Positions 28,104 to 37,332 of a stretch of 45,585 nucleotides of DNA are shown piece after piece; within the stretch, counting starts at the first letter, position 1; each line of letters starts with the position of its first letter. The translations under genes were made by a program, and so were the position numbers. Under the pieces are notes generated by a model that worked only from the letters and a program-made list of their open reading frames with translations, was not told the origin of the DNA and searched no databases. The DNA is from a virus. The stretch is taken from positions 1 through 45,585 of IMG/VR virus record IMGVR_UViG_3300037424_001778; one strand, 5' to 3'.

Positions 28104-30374
28104 ATGGCTATTCCTCCGCACCTCCAAAACCATCCAGTTTTTTCTGGCCAGGGCTCATTCGGTATTATGAGCGGGGTGGACGCATACTTCCCAGCGCAGA
28201 CGGAGGCGACCCACGCCAACCTCCTATCGACCGCACAAGGCGCCCTTGCTGCCCTCAGAAGCAGAGCCCAAACCAAGAAGCCAGGTCTCACCAAGGCTGA
28301 ACCAGACATCGTAGCCGACCTAGGCGCCGAACTGGCTGGCCAGGGTGAGCACATCCCGTCTCTGTTGACTCCATTCGGTGCAGCCATGGGGGCCGGCGCA
28401 GCTACCCCATCCGCCTATGACCTTCGGACCAAGCTACCAGAAATACACAAGCTAGTCCAAAGCTACGGCTTCAAGTCCTTCCTGCACGGCGGCAGGTACG
28501 GGTCTCGTGCCCCAGAACACGACTTCCAATCCGGCCTCCTTCCTGTCCATGACCCAGGGGAGACGGACCCCCAGCAATTCAACACGGAAAACGCAAAGCA
28601 GACCCTCATCCAGCTAGCCCGAGCATTGACCAAGCCAGAAATCGACAAACTGTACGGACCGGCGCCGAGTCCGGAATCTGACGTTCATTGGGAAGACCTA
28701 GCTTCCAGGAAGCAGCGCGAGTTGGCTGGGGCTCTCGGTATGCATATTTCCGATGACGCCTTCAACCGTGAGCACAATTGCGCGATGGCGAATGCTGTAC
28801 ACGTAGCAGTCGCCAGCACTCTCCCAAACATGGAGCAAATCGGGTTCGTCCCTCACTCGCATGAAGTTCCTCTATCTATCGCGCTGGACCTAGTACGCGG
28901 TAGTCAGCCTATGGCCAAAGCTGAGCCCAAAGTCAAGATTGCCTGGCGCCACAAAACCACCGGCAGCGTGACCGAAACCGATACAGCCTACCACGACCAC
29001 AAAGAACTACCCGAGCCCAAAGAAAACTACGACGAGGGCTACACGGAAAAGGGCAAGTTCCATACTCGGGAAGAGTACAAAAAGATACACCCCCGCAAGA
29101 TGAGAGTGCACAAGGCAGAAATTCCGGCAGGAACCCACAGTACCGTTGAAGGATTCACGCAAGGACTCAAGGCTCTTCCGAAGGGCTCTCCAGCCAGAGG
29201 CAAGTTCATCACCCAGCACATGAACCATCCCAACTTCATCGCAGCCCTACAAACACACCCGCAAGGCGCGCAAATACACAAAATGCTGACAGCACACCTC
29301 AACAGTCCAGCCAACGCTGGGCCAGGTCGAGGTGTGGTTACCGCAAAATCGGAAAGTGCTGTAATCTTTTCGACATTGCAGGAGAAAAACGTGGCCAATC
29401 CTATCGACCGACAAGCTGCTCTAGACCGTATTAAGAACCTTACGGCACAAATCGAAGACTTGCGCAAAAGGGAAATGGCCAAGGCTCTCATTCCTCCCCA
29501 CAAACACAACGTAGGCACGACCGTCTCGTCCGGCATCGAGGACGTAGCTCCCGCCCACCTCAATCCTCAAGGCAAGAACGACCCTCTCCACGGTGGAACC
29601 GCCGTACGCCCGATGGTCGCCCAAAAGGCCGAGCTTTGCAAGGGCTGTGGCAAGTCTGAATGTGCCTGCATCAAGAAGGACGAACTCGTCGACCCCAAGG
29701 GCAAGCAGTCCTGCAACGGCGTAGTCACCAAGATGCCTGCGACTTCGAAGGAAGTATCTGCCGAAGGTTCAGGCGGGCAAATCAAGAAGGGCAAAACGCT
29801 GTCGGACATTCGCAAGGGCGACCCGCGCCATGCTCCAGGTCCATTCTATCAAGGCAAGCCCTGGCAGGTGAGCGGCGAAGGTAGGAATGCAGAAGAGTCT
29901 TCTGCCAAGCCGGCACCCACCAAGAAGCCACGGGACTTCCCACACAAAGAGACTCCAGTCAAGTCGCCGACCCAGAAGGCAGAGCCGCCTATGGCGAAAC
30001 CCCCGTCTGGCGCAAACATGGGTACCAAGACGCCGGTTTCCAAGCCAGGCAATGCAATGAAGCCTGCTGCTGGCGGCAGCATCCCGAAACCACCTACAGC
30101 CACAAAAATGCCGCCACTCGGCAAGGGCGTGATGTCTGACATCGCCCACCGCGAAAGCCAAGCAATGGGCGCCCCATCGGCAGCTCCAACCCCTAAGGTC
30201 AAGCTCCCAGCCCCACACGAGCAAGAGGACCGTGCCGCAATGTTTGCCGACGCAATGGCCGGAGCCTACAAGCCACCGGCTCCCGTCAAGCCCATCCATC
30301 GGACCACCACAACGGTTTCCGTTCAGCCCCAATCTCGCCCTGGTATTTTTGCCAGACTAAATAATCCCAAGTAA
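28104..30374 (+). CDS. Large K/P-rich multidomain late protein, probable internal head polyprotein
   Basis: About ten hydrophobic-X-K-[ASGD] motifs; internal promoter, RBS and in-frame GTG at 29391. Confidence 0.7.
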   Translation: MAIPPHLQNHPVFSGQGSFGIMSGVDAYFPAQTEATHANLLSTAQGALAALRSRAQTKKPGLTKAEPDIVADLGAELAGQGEHIPSLLTPFGAAMGAGAATPSAYDLRTKLPEIHKLVQSYGFKSFLHGGRYGSRAPEHDFQSGLLPVHDPGETDPQQFNTENAKQTLIQLARALTKPEIDKLYGPAPSPESDVHWEDLASRKQRELAGALGMHISDDAFNREHNCAMANAVHVAVASTLPNMEQIGFVPHSHEVPLSIALDLVRGSQPMAKAEPKVKIAWRHKTTGSVTETDTAYHDHKELPEPKENYDEGYTEKGKFHTREEYKKIHPRKMRVHKAEIPAGTHSTVEGFTQGLKALPKGSPARGKFITQHMNHPNFIAALQTHPQGAQIHKMLTAHLNSPANAGPGRGVVTAKSESAVIFSTLQEKNVANPIDRQAALDRIKNLTAQIEDLRKREMAKALIPPHKHNVGTTVSSGIEDVAPAHLNPQGKNDPLHGGTAVRPMVAQKAELCKGCGKSECACIKKDELVDPKGKQSCNGVVTKMPATSKEVSAEGSGGQIKKGKTLSDIRKGDPRHAPGPFYQGKPWQVSGEGRNAEESSAKPAPTKKPRDFPHKETPVKSPTQKAEPPMAKPPSGANMGTKTPVSKPGNAMKPAAGGSIPKPPTATKMPPLGKGVMSDIAHRESQAMGAPSAAPTPKVKLPAPHEQEDRAAMFADAMAGAYKPPAPVKPIHRTTTTVSVQPQSRPGIFARLNNPK

Positions 30375-30397
30375 TCTGCCTTACCAGGAGAATTCTC

Positions 30398-32965
30398 ATG
30401 GCCAAATCGCTCAGCACTGTTGACGGAACTCTAGTGATTCCGGGAGCTTACGCTAAATACACGGTCCAGTCCAACCCTAGCGGGCTGGCCACGACCGGCG
30501 TGTTGATGCTTGTCGGCGAAGCCAATGGCGGCCCCGACTTCACCCAAGAGGAAGACCTTGAGCAAAACGCCTTCGGTCCAGACCAGCTGGCCGAAGTCCA
30601 GGCCAAGTATCAGGGCGGCCCCCTCGTCGATTCCTTCCGAGCTGCCATCGCTGCAGCCAACGACCCAGACATCACCGGCTCCCTCAGTCGTTGCATTCTG
30701 GTCAAGACCAACATCGGAACGAAAGCTTCTGGCGCGCTTCCGAAGATTGGTGGCGGAACCTACGCCACGTTGTTCGACCGCTCGTACGGCAAGGCTGGCA
30801 ATGGCATTGCGTACCGGACCACTCAAGCACAGGCTGAAGTTCTACCTACGACTGACGTCTTCACTTACATTCCCCCAGTCGGCGCTGTCGACTACCGTAT
30901 TCGCGTCAGCGGTGGCGCTGCAGTTGGTTCGACTGTTTCAGCCGCAATGCTGCCTCCCGCATTCCAAGGCCTCATCGAGGCTCTTCCGGGCGTGACCTGT
31001 TCTGGCGGCGCGACCCGCAACCTACTCCTTGCTCCTATCGGAGCACGTACGGTTGCGATTACCGTGACCCCAGCCCTAAGCAATACCATCGTTGCCACCA
31101 TCGCTGGCGGCGCATGGGACAATACCCCGGCAGTGGGAGACACCCTGGTCCTCCCCTTCGGAGCCATGAACCCCCTCAAGGGCGCAGCCGACGAAAACGT
31201 CGGGGCGTACGTCGTCACAGCGGCCAGCTCTGTTTCTATCACTGCGACCAAGCTCAGCGACGCTACCAAGCCCGCTGGCGTACCCGGAACCATCACAGGC
31301 CCAGCTAACGTTCTGGCCGTCAGCCCCTCCGCAGTGACAGACCTACAGGCCTTCGCTCCCGTCTCGATTTCGCTCGAGTCTGGTGCCGTAATCGATGGCG
31401 TCGGCAAGTCACTCGAGCTTGCAGAACTCACCACTGGCGCTGACCTCCTTTCTCGCACCGCCTTCGTCCTCGGAACCACCACCGCCGTTTCTTGGGTGAG
31501 CAAGGCTTCATCCGCCAAGCTCCTAGTTTCGTCTGCTGAATACAAAGTCACCCTGAGCACCAACCAGTCCTCCACGGCAATTTCTGAGTCCTCCACTGTC
31601 GGCGGCGAAATCGTCCTCAAGATTGGCTACCAAGGCACAACCGCCACGATGACTCTGACGGATGACCTTCTGACGACCGCTGTCACTGGCGGCTCAGGTG
31701 GGAACCTCAGCGTCAACCTCAACGACTTCTCGAATATCCAAGCCGTAGCAGATTTCATCGCTAGCCAGACCGGTTATTCGTGCTCAGTCGGTACCGCAGC
31801 TCTAGGCAACCTTCCCGCGTACGCCCTTGACGACGTCACCACCAAGGACATCTGCGGACAGTTCGGGACACAGCCTGGCCGTCTCAAGGTGGACGCCTAC
31901 CGCTTCTACAATGAAGTCAGCGGCTCCTCGAGCCTCGTTCAAGTCAACGACCCAACCGTAGCAGCACAGAGCGGACTCCCCGATGTAATGGCAGCTCAGG
32001 TTTTCCTGGCTGGCGGGACGTGGGGCGGAACTTCAGACGCAACCATCCAGGCGGCATACGCAGCTCTCGAGCAAGTCCGAGGCAACTTCCTCGTTCCGTT
32101 GTTCTCTCGTGACGCTTCGGAAGACATTCTGGACGGACTTACGGAAGGCGGGGTCCCAACAGCAGTCCCCCCGGTTCCCGCTTCTTCGTACACCATCTCA
32201 GCAATCCACGCAGGAGCCAAGTCACACGTCCTCTCGATGTCAACCCTCAAGCGACGTCGCAATCGTCAAGCGTTCCTTTCGATTGCATCTGACTTCGATA
32301 CCTCGAAGAACGTCTCAGCAAACATCGCCTCGTTCCGAAGTGCAGTTGCTTTCCAGGACTTCAAGCAAATCGGCTCAGACGGTTCCATCCAACAGTTCCT
32401 CCCTTGGATGGGCGCTTCACTTGCTGCAGGCATTCAGGCCGCAGGGTTCTACCGCAACATCGAGCACAAGGGAATCAACACCTCGGGCGTACTGTCCCGC
32501 GCTGGTGACTTCAACCCGAAGAACGACTCACAGGTCGAATCAGCCCTGCAAGCCGGACTTTTGGTCGCTGGTATTCCGATGGACGGAGGCGGGTACATCT
32601 TCCTGAGCGACCAAACATCTTACGGAACGGACTCCAACTTCGTCTTCAACAGCATTCAGGCCGTCTACGCAGCGGATACCGTTTCGCTGACAATGGCCCA
32701 GCGAATGGAACGTGCTTGTGTGGGTCAATCTGTGGCCGACATCAGTGCGGCTGTGGCTCGGTCCTTCGCCGAAAGCGTTTTGGCGGACATGCTTCGCCTC
32801 AAGCTCATCGCCCCGAGTGACGATGGGGCCCCTAAGGGATACAAGAACCTCGTCATAAAAATCAACGGCAATGCTATGCTGGTGTCCTGTGAAATTAAAT
32901 TGGCGACGGCCATCGAATTCGTCCTCATAAATTTCCTTGTGTCGGCGGTTCAGCAGTCAGCCTAA
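30398..32965 (+). CDS. Contractile tail sheath protein
   Basis: IPGAYA..VLMLVGEANGGP N-terminus; LAGGT.G; C-terminal IEFVLINF; precedes tube gene. Confidence 0.9.
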   Translation: MAKSLSTVDGTLVIPGAYAKYTVQSNPSGLATTGVLMLVGEANGGPDFTQEEDLEQNAFGPDQLAEVQAKYQGGPLVDSFRAAIAAANDPDITGSLSRCILVKTNIGTKASGALPKIGGGTYATLFDRSYGKAGNGIAYRTTQAQAEVLPTTDVFTYIPPVGAVDYRIRVSGGAAVGSTVSAAMLPPAFQGLIEALPGVTCSGGATRNLLLAPIGARTVAITVTPALSNTIVATIAGGAWDNTPAVGDTLVLPFGAMNPLKGAADENVGAYVVTAASSVSITATKLSDATKPAGVPGTITGPANVLAVSPSAVTDLQAFAPVSISLESGAVIDGVGKSLELAELTTGADLLSRTAFVLGTTTAVSWVSKASSAKLLVSSAEYKVTLSTNQSSTAISESSTVGGEIVLKIGYQGTTATMTLTDDLLTTAVTGGSGGNLSVNLNDFSNIQAVADFIASQTGYSCSVGTAALGNLPAYALDDVTTKDICGQFGTQPGRLKVDAYRFYNEVSGSSSLVQVNDPTVAAQSGLPDVMAAQVFLAGGTWGGTSDATIQAAYAALEQVRGNFLVPLFSRDASEDILDGLTEGGVPTAVPPVPASSYTISAIHAGAKSHVLSMSTLKRRRNRQAFLSIASDFDTSKNVSANIASFRSAVAFQDFKQIGSDGSIQQFLPWMGASLAAGIQAAGFYRNIEHKGINTSGVLSRAGDFNPKNDSQVESALQAGLLVAGIPMDGGGYIFLSDQTSYGTDSNFVFNSIQAVYAADTVSLTMAQRMERACVGQSVADISAAVARSFAESVLADMLRLKLIAPSDDGAPKGYKNLVIKINGNAMLVSCEIKLATAIEFVLINFLVSAVQQSA

Positions 32966-33611
32966 GCTTAGCCCATCGTTTTTGGCCAGCCAGGGACATG
33001 TTCTTCCTGGCTTCTTCGCTCGGTGGTTTCCTCCGACGTGCGGCCTCAGATATATTTCTCTTAGCCTCGTCGCTTTTGGGCCGACCCAAGGCCTTTGCGG
33101 ACATCAATCGTTTGGTTTCATCGGTGTGTTTGCGGCCCCTCCGGGAGTTTCCCATCTTTATTTTTGTCTCCTCAGACGCTTTCTTGCCGATATGGGCCTG
33201 TCTGATTAGTTCTTTAGTGGATTCGGACTTTGGCAGGCTGGAACACTTCGGAACCATGCCCTTCTTGGCATCACTCATTTTCTGTCTTGTCTCTGCGGAC
33301 AAGCCCCTTACCCCACAGCCTCCCTCGGCGTCGTTGACTAGCCGATATCCATTCTGACGGCACCAAGCGATCCAATAGATTTCGGCTGCGTTTGCGTCGC
33401 CCTCGCCATACAAGACCTGGAGAAGAGCGATTGTAGGTCGCTCCCCAATATCGACCAGGCCCTTCAGCCAATGTGTTCTGTGGGAGGGCTTCTTAAGGCA
33501 GGACGGCTGCAGGTGCTCGCGTAACCGCCTGTTGAGAGTTTTGGTAGTCTGTCCAACGTAACGTATTTCTCCGTCTGGACCCGACAATACATAGATAAGG
33601 AAGTTGGCCAT
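32925..33611 (-). CDS. GIY-YIG homing endonuclease with NUMOD3 repeats
   Basis: LIYVLS..RYVGQT..RRLREH; SEETKIKM/TDETKRLMS repeats; own TTGACA-N17-TATAGG promoter. Confidence 0.88.
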   Translation of the reverse strand: MANFLIYVLSGPDGEIRYVGQTTKTLNRRLREHLQPSCLKKPSHRTHWLKGLVDIGERPTIALLQVLYGEGDANAAEIYWIAWCRQNGYRLVNDAEGGCGVRGLSAETRQKMSDAKKGMVPKCSSLPKSESTKELIRQAHIGKKASEETKIKMGNSRRGRKHTDETKRLMSAKALGRPKSDEAKRNISEAARRRKPPSEEARKNMSLAGQKRWAKLRLTAEPPTQGNL

Positions 33612-33642
33612 CCTACACCTATACCCCCATCCCACCCAGATG

Positions 33643-33840
33643 TCAATCCTCCCGGTCGTCCTCAGCAGCAAAGGCGAAGTTGTCGAGTCTCTTTAAGAAG
33701 TACTGCCAGTTTCTCTCTTGTTGCAGAAACAAGTTGTATCGACACCAGGTGTCGCGTGAGATTTCTTGGGTACGGGTCTCGTCTGGCTCGGACGGTACCA
33801 TACACCGCACTCCGTCTTCATAATAGATGGTGACTTTCAT
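33643..33840 (-). CDS. Hypothetical protein
   Basis: Behind TTGACA-N17-TAAAGT. Confidence 0.65.
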   Translation of the reverse strand: MKVTIYYEDGVRCMVPSEPDETRTQEISRDTWCRYNLFLQQERNWQYFLKRLDNFAFAAEDDRED

Positions 33841-33925
33841 TACGTACGCACTTTACTTCATCCCGTGTAATCTGTCAACCGTAAACCTAACTTCCTGGCT
33901 TTGCCAGAACTAAGGAGAATTTTCT

Positions 33926-34396
33926 ATGGCCAGCAAGGTAATGAGCGGCGCCCGAGCGAAGGTATTCATCGCCGACCCGAATTCAGGCAAGCCCGAGCTT
34001 GTAGGTAGCTTTCACACGGTTACGGTAGGGCTTACGTTCGACGTCCAGCCAGTGAACATTCTGGGTCGATTCAGCCCCGATGAGCTGGTGTACACCGCCC
34101 AAGAGGCAGTAACCGTCCAGTGCTCCGGCTTTCGAGTCATCGGGGCGGGGGTTCACCGCATGATGAAGGTCCCCAACACCCGCGACCTACTGACCCACGA
34201 ATACCTGCAGCTGGTCATAACGGACCGTCAAACGGGCCGCGACATCCATAAGGTCCATTCGGTTCGCCCCGTTAGCTACTCGACCACACTGAATGCGCGA
34301 GCGCTCGAAGATGTCTCGGTAACGTACCTGGGATTGCTGATTGACGACGAAGACACTGAACTGTCCGAGTCTGTCGGAGCTGCAACCCTACCGTAA
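33926..34396 (+). CDS. Tail tube protein
   Basis: 156 aa following sheath; SGARAKV..QPVNILGRFSPDELV; TAAGGAG RBS. Confidence 0.8.
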   Translation: MASKVMSGARAKVFIADPNSGKPELVGSFHTVTVGLTFDVQPVNILGRFSPDELVYTAQEAVTVQCSGFRVIGAGVHRMMKVPNTRDLLTHEYLQLVITDRQTGRDIHKVHSVRPVSYSTTLNARALEDVSVTYLGLLIDDEDTELSESVGAATLP

Positions 34397-34442
34397 GTCT
34401 GTTTGTGTGTCGCCCTGCCTTCTCTTTGGGACGGCGGGGTTA

Positions 34443-34625
34443 TCATTTGTAGTCCTTGAAGTAACCATCGTACCCATCCCCTTCGTAGTCGGTAGAGACG
34501 TGGCACTTGGGTTTCGGGCAGTCCAAATACGTGCTGCCGGACATCTTCTTGATGGCTACCATTACGGAGCCGCATTCGCGACACTTCTTCGGGAAGTAAA
34601 TGATTTCAACCATGGGGTAATCCAT
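34443..34625 (-). CDS. Small Zn-ribbon protein
   Basis: CRECG..CPKPKC. Confidence 0.6.
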   Translation of the reverse strand: MDYPMVEIIYFPKKCRECGSVMVAIKKMSGSTYLDCPKPKCHVSTDYEGDGYDGYFKDYK

Positions 34626-34804
34626 ACCTTATGCCTTTTTGCGCTTCTTTTTGCGCTGAGGCTTGCGTTCCATCAACTTCTCACCTATCTTTTGGCCGAT
34701 TTCGGCTGCGGCTGCTACCGCCATCGCCTGAAGGGTCTCCTTCAGGAGGTACTGCCACAAGGGCTTGGCAAGAACGCTTAGCGTAACGGTCCTTTAGAGA
34801 AAGA

Positions 34805-35140
34805 CTAAAAGCTGTAAAGGCCGGGTATAGCGGCTTCGTACTCTCGTACCAGGCTCGACACCGGGATTCGAGTATTCGCCCACCGTTCGTCTTCCAGGCG
34901 AATGACGTAATCCTCTAGGTTGAGGTTGTCTCGCATTTGGACAACGTCCAGAGTGACGCCGACCCACTCGCCCTTCCACCTAAGAACCATCCTGGGTGGA
35001 GCGGCGAACCCGAATCCGTACAGCACGTATGGGATTTCACCGGACGGTATTTTGATTTCTCCAAAGACGGCGTCACACCATGCCGCGTCGCGGAATGTCT
35101 CGGGGTAGCGGGATTCAAATTCACGTTGGGTCAGAATCAT
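34805..35140 (-). CDS. Hypothetical protein
   Basis: AAGGAG RBS. Confidence 0.7.
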   Translation of the reverse strand: MILTQREFESRYPETFRDAAWCDAVFGEIKIPSGEIPYVLYGFGFAAPPRMVLRWKGEWVGVTLDVVQMRDNLNLEDYVIRLEDERWANTRIPVSSLVREYEAAIPGLYSF

Positions 35141-35148
35141 TGTGCTCC

Positions 35149-35394
35149 TTAATGGGTGGCGGCAAGCTTGACATGGTAGCCGTACAGCTCCAACGTAGAG
35201 AACCGACAGTTGCCGTTGAGGCAGTATTTGTAGGGGGTGCCTGGGAAGCTTTGAAACCGTACCACGACCCCTTCGGCAATCATGCCATTCAGGGCTCTAC
35301 GAATGGTCGAATAATGCGCGCCAATCTGCCAGGCTAGGCTTCGAACCGTCTGTGGAATATACAGGCTCAGCAGATTGATGATTTTGTGTTTCAT
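35149..35394 (-). CDS. Winged-helix DNA-binding protein
   Basis: TVRSLAWQIGAHYSTIRRALNGMIAEGVV. Confidence 0.7.
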   Translation of the reverse strand: MKHKIINLLSLYIPQTVRSLAWQIGAHYSTIRRALNGMIAEGVVVRFQSFPGTPYKYCLNGNCRFSTLELYGYHVKLAATH

Positions 35395-35407
35395 GTTGTT
35401 TCTCCTA

Positions 35408-35480
35408 TGGGCCCCCTCGGACTCGAACCGAGATAAGACGCGTTATGAGCGCGCGGCTCTAACCATTGAGCTAAAGGCCC
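35408..35480 (-). tRNA. tRNA with CAT anticodon, probably Ile2 (elongator Met possible); CCA not encoded
   Basis: GGGCCTTTAGCTCAATGGTTAGAGC..GCGCG-CTCATAA-CGCGT..CTCGG-TTCGAGT-CCGAG-GGGGCCCA. Confidence 0.9.
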
Positions 35481-35488
35481 GAACTTCT

Positions 35489-35758
35489 TCATTCCACACC
35501 TCTCAAGATTTCAATCTCAGCCAGTACGACCAGAATACGCGTTTTCTGGTGCTCGTACAAGGGGCAATCCAGCATTTGCGCCAAGTACCTTTGGTGTACG
35601 GCAATCATTTCGTCCCGAGCGATGTGGATGGCGGCGGGGCGATTGAAGGCCGCCCAAACGGCCCCGCCCGTCATTTTCATGTTGAAGTCGCTCTTGAGTC
35701 GAGCAACACCGAATTCAATTCCTTCGCGCAGGCCCTTGGGCAATTCTTCGAGCTTCAT
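35489..35758 (-). CDS. Hypothetical protein
   Basis: GGAG RBS. Confidence 0.65.
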   Translation of the reverse strand: MKLEELPKGLREGIEFGVARLKSDFNMKMTGGAVWAAFNRPAAIHIARDEMIAVHQRYLAQMLDCPLYEHQKTRILVVLAEIEILRGVE

Positions 35759-35761
35759 GAT

Positions 35762-36112
35762 TTACTCCAGGTAGCTGTCGTAGATTGTGATGGTGGGGTA
35801 CTCTTCGATAAAAGGGTCTACCACACACCTGCCATGAGTGTCAATGAACTTCATGAGTTCTTCGAGGCCTTCTAGGTCGATAGCCCATTCCTTGCGGACA
35901 CCCATTCGCCGCTGGATGCCCTGAGGAGTGACCTTATGCTCGGTGCCTTCCTCCAGGAAGCCGACAGTCCGCCATCGGGGCGACTCAAGGTCGTACTCTT
36001 CGAACGACTTGTAGGTCCGTCGTTCGATGATGGGGACCGAGATTTCGATAGCCCCTTCGCAAGGGGAGGCGGTATCGAGGCGGGTACTGGCACGGCTGAT
36101 GATGAATTTCAT
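35762..36112 (-). CDS. Phage hypothetical protein
   Basis: MKFIISRAS..LEELMKF..ITIYDSYLE. Confidence 0.7.
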   Translation of the reverse strand: MKFIISRASTRLDTASPCEGAIEISVPIIERRTYKSFEEYDLESPRWRTVGFLEEGTEHKVTPQGIQRRMGVRKEWAIDLEGLEELMKFIDTHGRCVVDPFIEEYPTITIYDSYLE

Positions 36113-36140
36113 GACTTTTCCATGGCCTTCTTGAAGATGC

Positions 36141-36389
36141 TCACGACTGGCCGCCATGCACGTACACAGTGCGGAGGGGGTTGGTGGGGTCCTTGACTTC
36201 CTTGTTGCCGACCTGGTTGGTGTCGACATACCAGAACTTGACGGTGGGCCACGGACCCGGGCCGTCCGAGGTGAGCATAGAGAAGTCTCGGCTATTCTTG
36301 GCCTTGTTGTCATGCACGAAGTTGATAGCCCGGCTCAGCATGAGAAAGGTGCGGGGAGGGAAGAAATTCGAGTGGAGCTGGATTGCCAT
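36141..36389 (-). CDS. Hypothetical protein
   Basis: AAGGAG RBS; TTGACA-N17-CATATA promoter at 36416-36444. Confidence 0.65.
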   Translation of the reverse strand: MAIQLHSNFFPPRTFLMLSRAINFVHDNKAKNSRDFSMLTSDGPGPWPTVKFWYVDTNQVGNKEVKDPTNPLRTVYVHGGQS

Positions 36390-36440
36390 TGTGATTCTCC
36401 TTGGGTGATGCTTTGTATATGCCAGACTGCGGATTTGATG

Positions 36441-36821
36441 TCAAGTGCGGGGGGTATACTTGAAGATAAACAAGGGGTAGTAATCGTCGTAGTTTTCCGT
36501 GCCGAACCGGAGCCAAACGTGCCCGTCAACGGCAGACCGCAACTCGAATCCGGCAAAGCACGAGGAGTCGGTGGTCCAGAGAGTGTTGTCCGCTCGATGG
36601 ATTCGAACCGAGTCGATGGGACGACCGAAGAAGATAGGCCGGACGCCTTCAAGCTTGGGGTCAATTTCGACCGACCCAAGGTGGGAGCGGTAACCGTCCG
36701 ACTCGTCCTCCAGAACGCGGATGACGTGGGGGCCAATCTTAAATAGGTTCTCGTCAACCCCAAAGAACTCGTAAACTGCGCCAGTATCAGTATTCATGTC
36801 AACAAAGTCGTCGAAGTCCAT
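36441..36821 (-). CDS. Phage hypothetical protein
   Basis: LEDESDGYRS..FGTENYDDYYP; AAGGAG RBS. Confidence 0.75.
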   Translation of the reverse strand: MDFDDFVDMNTDTGAVYEFFGVDENLFKIGPHVIRVLEDESDGYRSHLGSVEIDPKLEGVRPIFFGRPIDSVRIHRADNTLWTTDSSCFAGFELRSAVDGHVWLRFGTENYDDYYPLFIFKYTPRT

Positions 36822-36852
36822 GTGCGTCTCCTTGAGGGATTAACTACTATAG

Positions 36853-37038
36853 TTAGAGGCCGATTGCAAGCGCCACGATGTAGCCGGCGACGAAATCGGG
36901 GGTTGCGTATTTCTCGTTGACGGAGCCGCAGTGCTTCACCCACAGCGGGCGGTTGCGGTCGCTCTGGGCCCAGGCTCGGATTGACTCGGACTGAACCTTC
37001 TTAAGAGCGGCTTCGAAGAGCTTGTTGGCGTCGTTCAT
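36853..37038 (-). CDS. Hypothetical protein
   Basis: Leaderless: TTGACG-N17-TACATA-N6-ATG. Confidence 0.65.
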   Translation of the reverse strand: MNDANKLFEAALKKVQSESIRAWAQSDRNRPLWVKHCGSVNEKYATPDFVAGYIVALAIGL

Positions 37039-37142
37039 GATGAATATGTATCAATCCTCCGCATTGCCGTCAAGGCCTTTGAACATAAAACCTTGCGAGT
37101 CTAGCCCTTGACAGTCCGTCCTCAGAAGCGTACTGTGGCTGC

Positions 37143-37322
37143 ATGCGATACCTAGCCCGACGAATTGTCCGCAACACTCTTTACTTCGGCTCCTCCAGTC
37201 CCGAGGGCATCGAGCATAGTATAGTCCTGACCCAGGACATCCTGTGGCGCACTTTGACGGTGTCGTTCTTCGTTGGTGGGCTCTTTGGCATCGCGATACT
37301 GAGTTTTGTCCAGTCCCGATAA
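37143..37322 (+). CDS. 59-aa membrane protein (absent from ORF track)
   Basis: TTGACA-N17-TACTGT-N6-ATG; MRYLARR..VSFFVGGLFGIAILSFV. Confidence 0.6.
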   Translation: MRYLARRIVRNTLYFGSSSPEGIEHSIVLTQDILWRTLTVSFFVGGLFGIAILSFVQSR

Positions 37323-37332
37323 TCTTTGTGGT

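Noticed and set aside
30892-31620. Long antisense ORFs over sheath and fibre genes
   Set aside because: Shadows from codon bias; no RBS, promoter or motifs
32925-33611. Group I intron carrying the endonucleases
   Set aside because: Flanking genes are uninterrupted and there is no room for intron core structure
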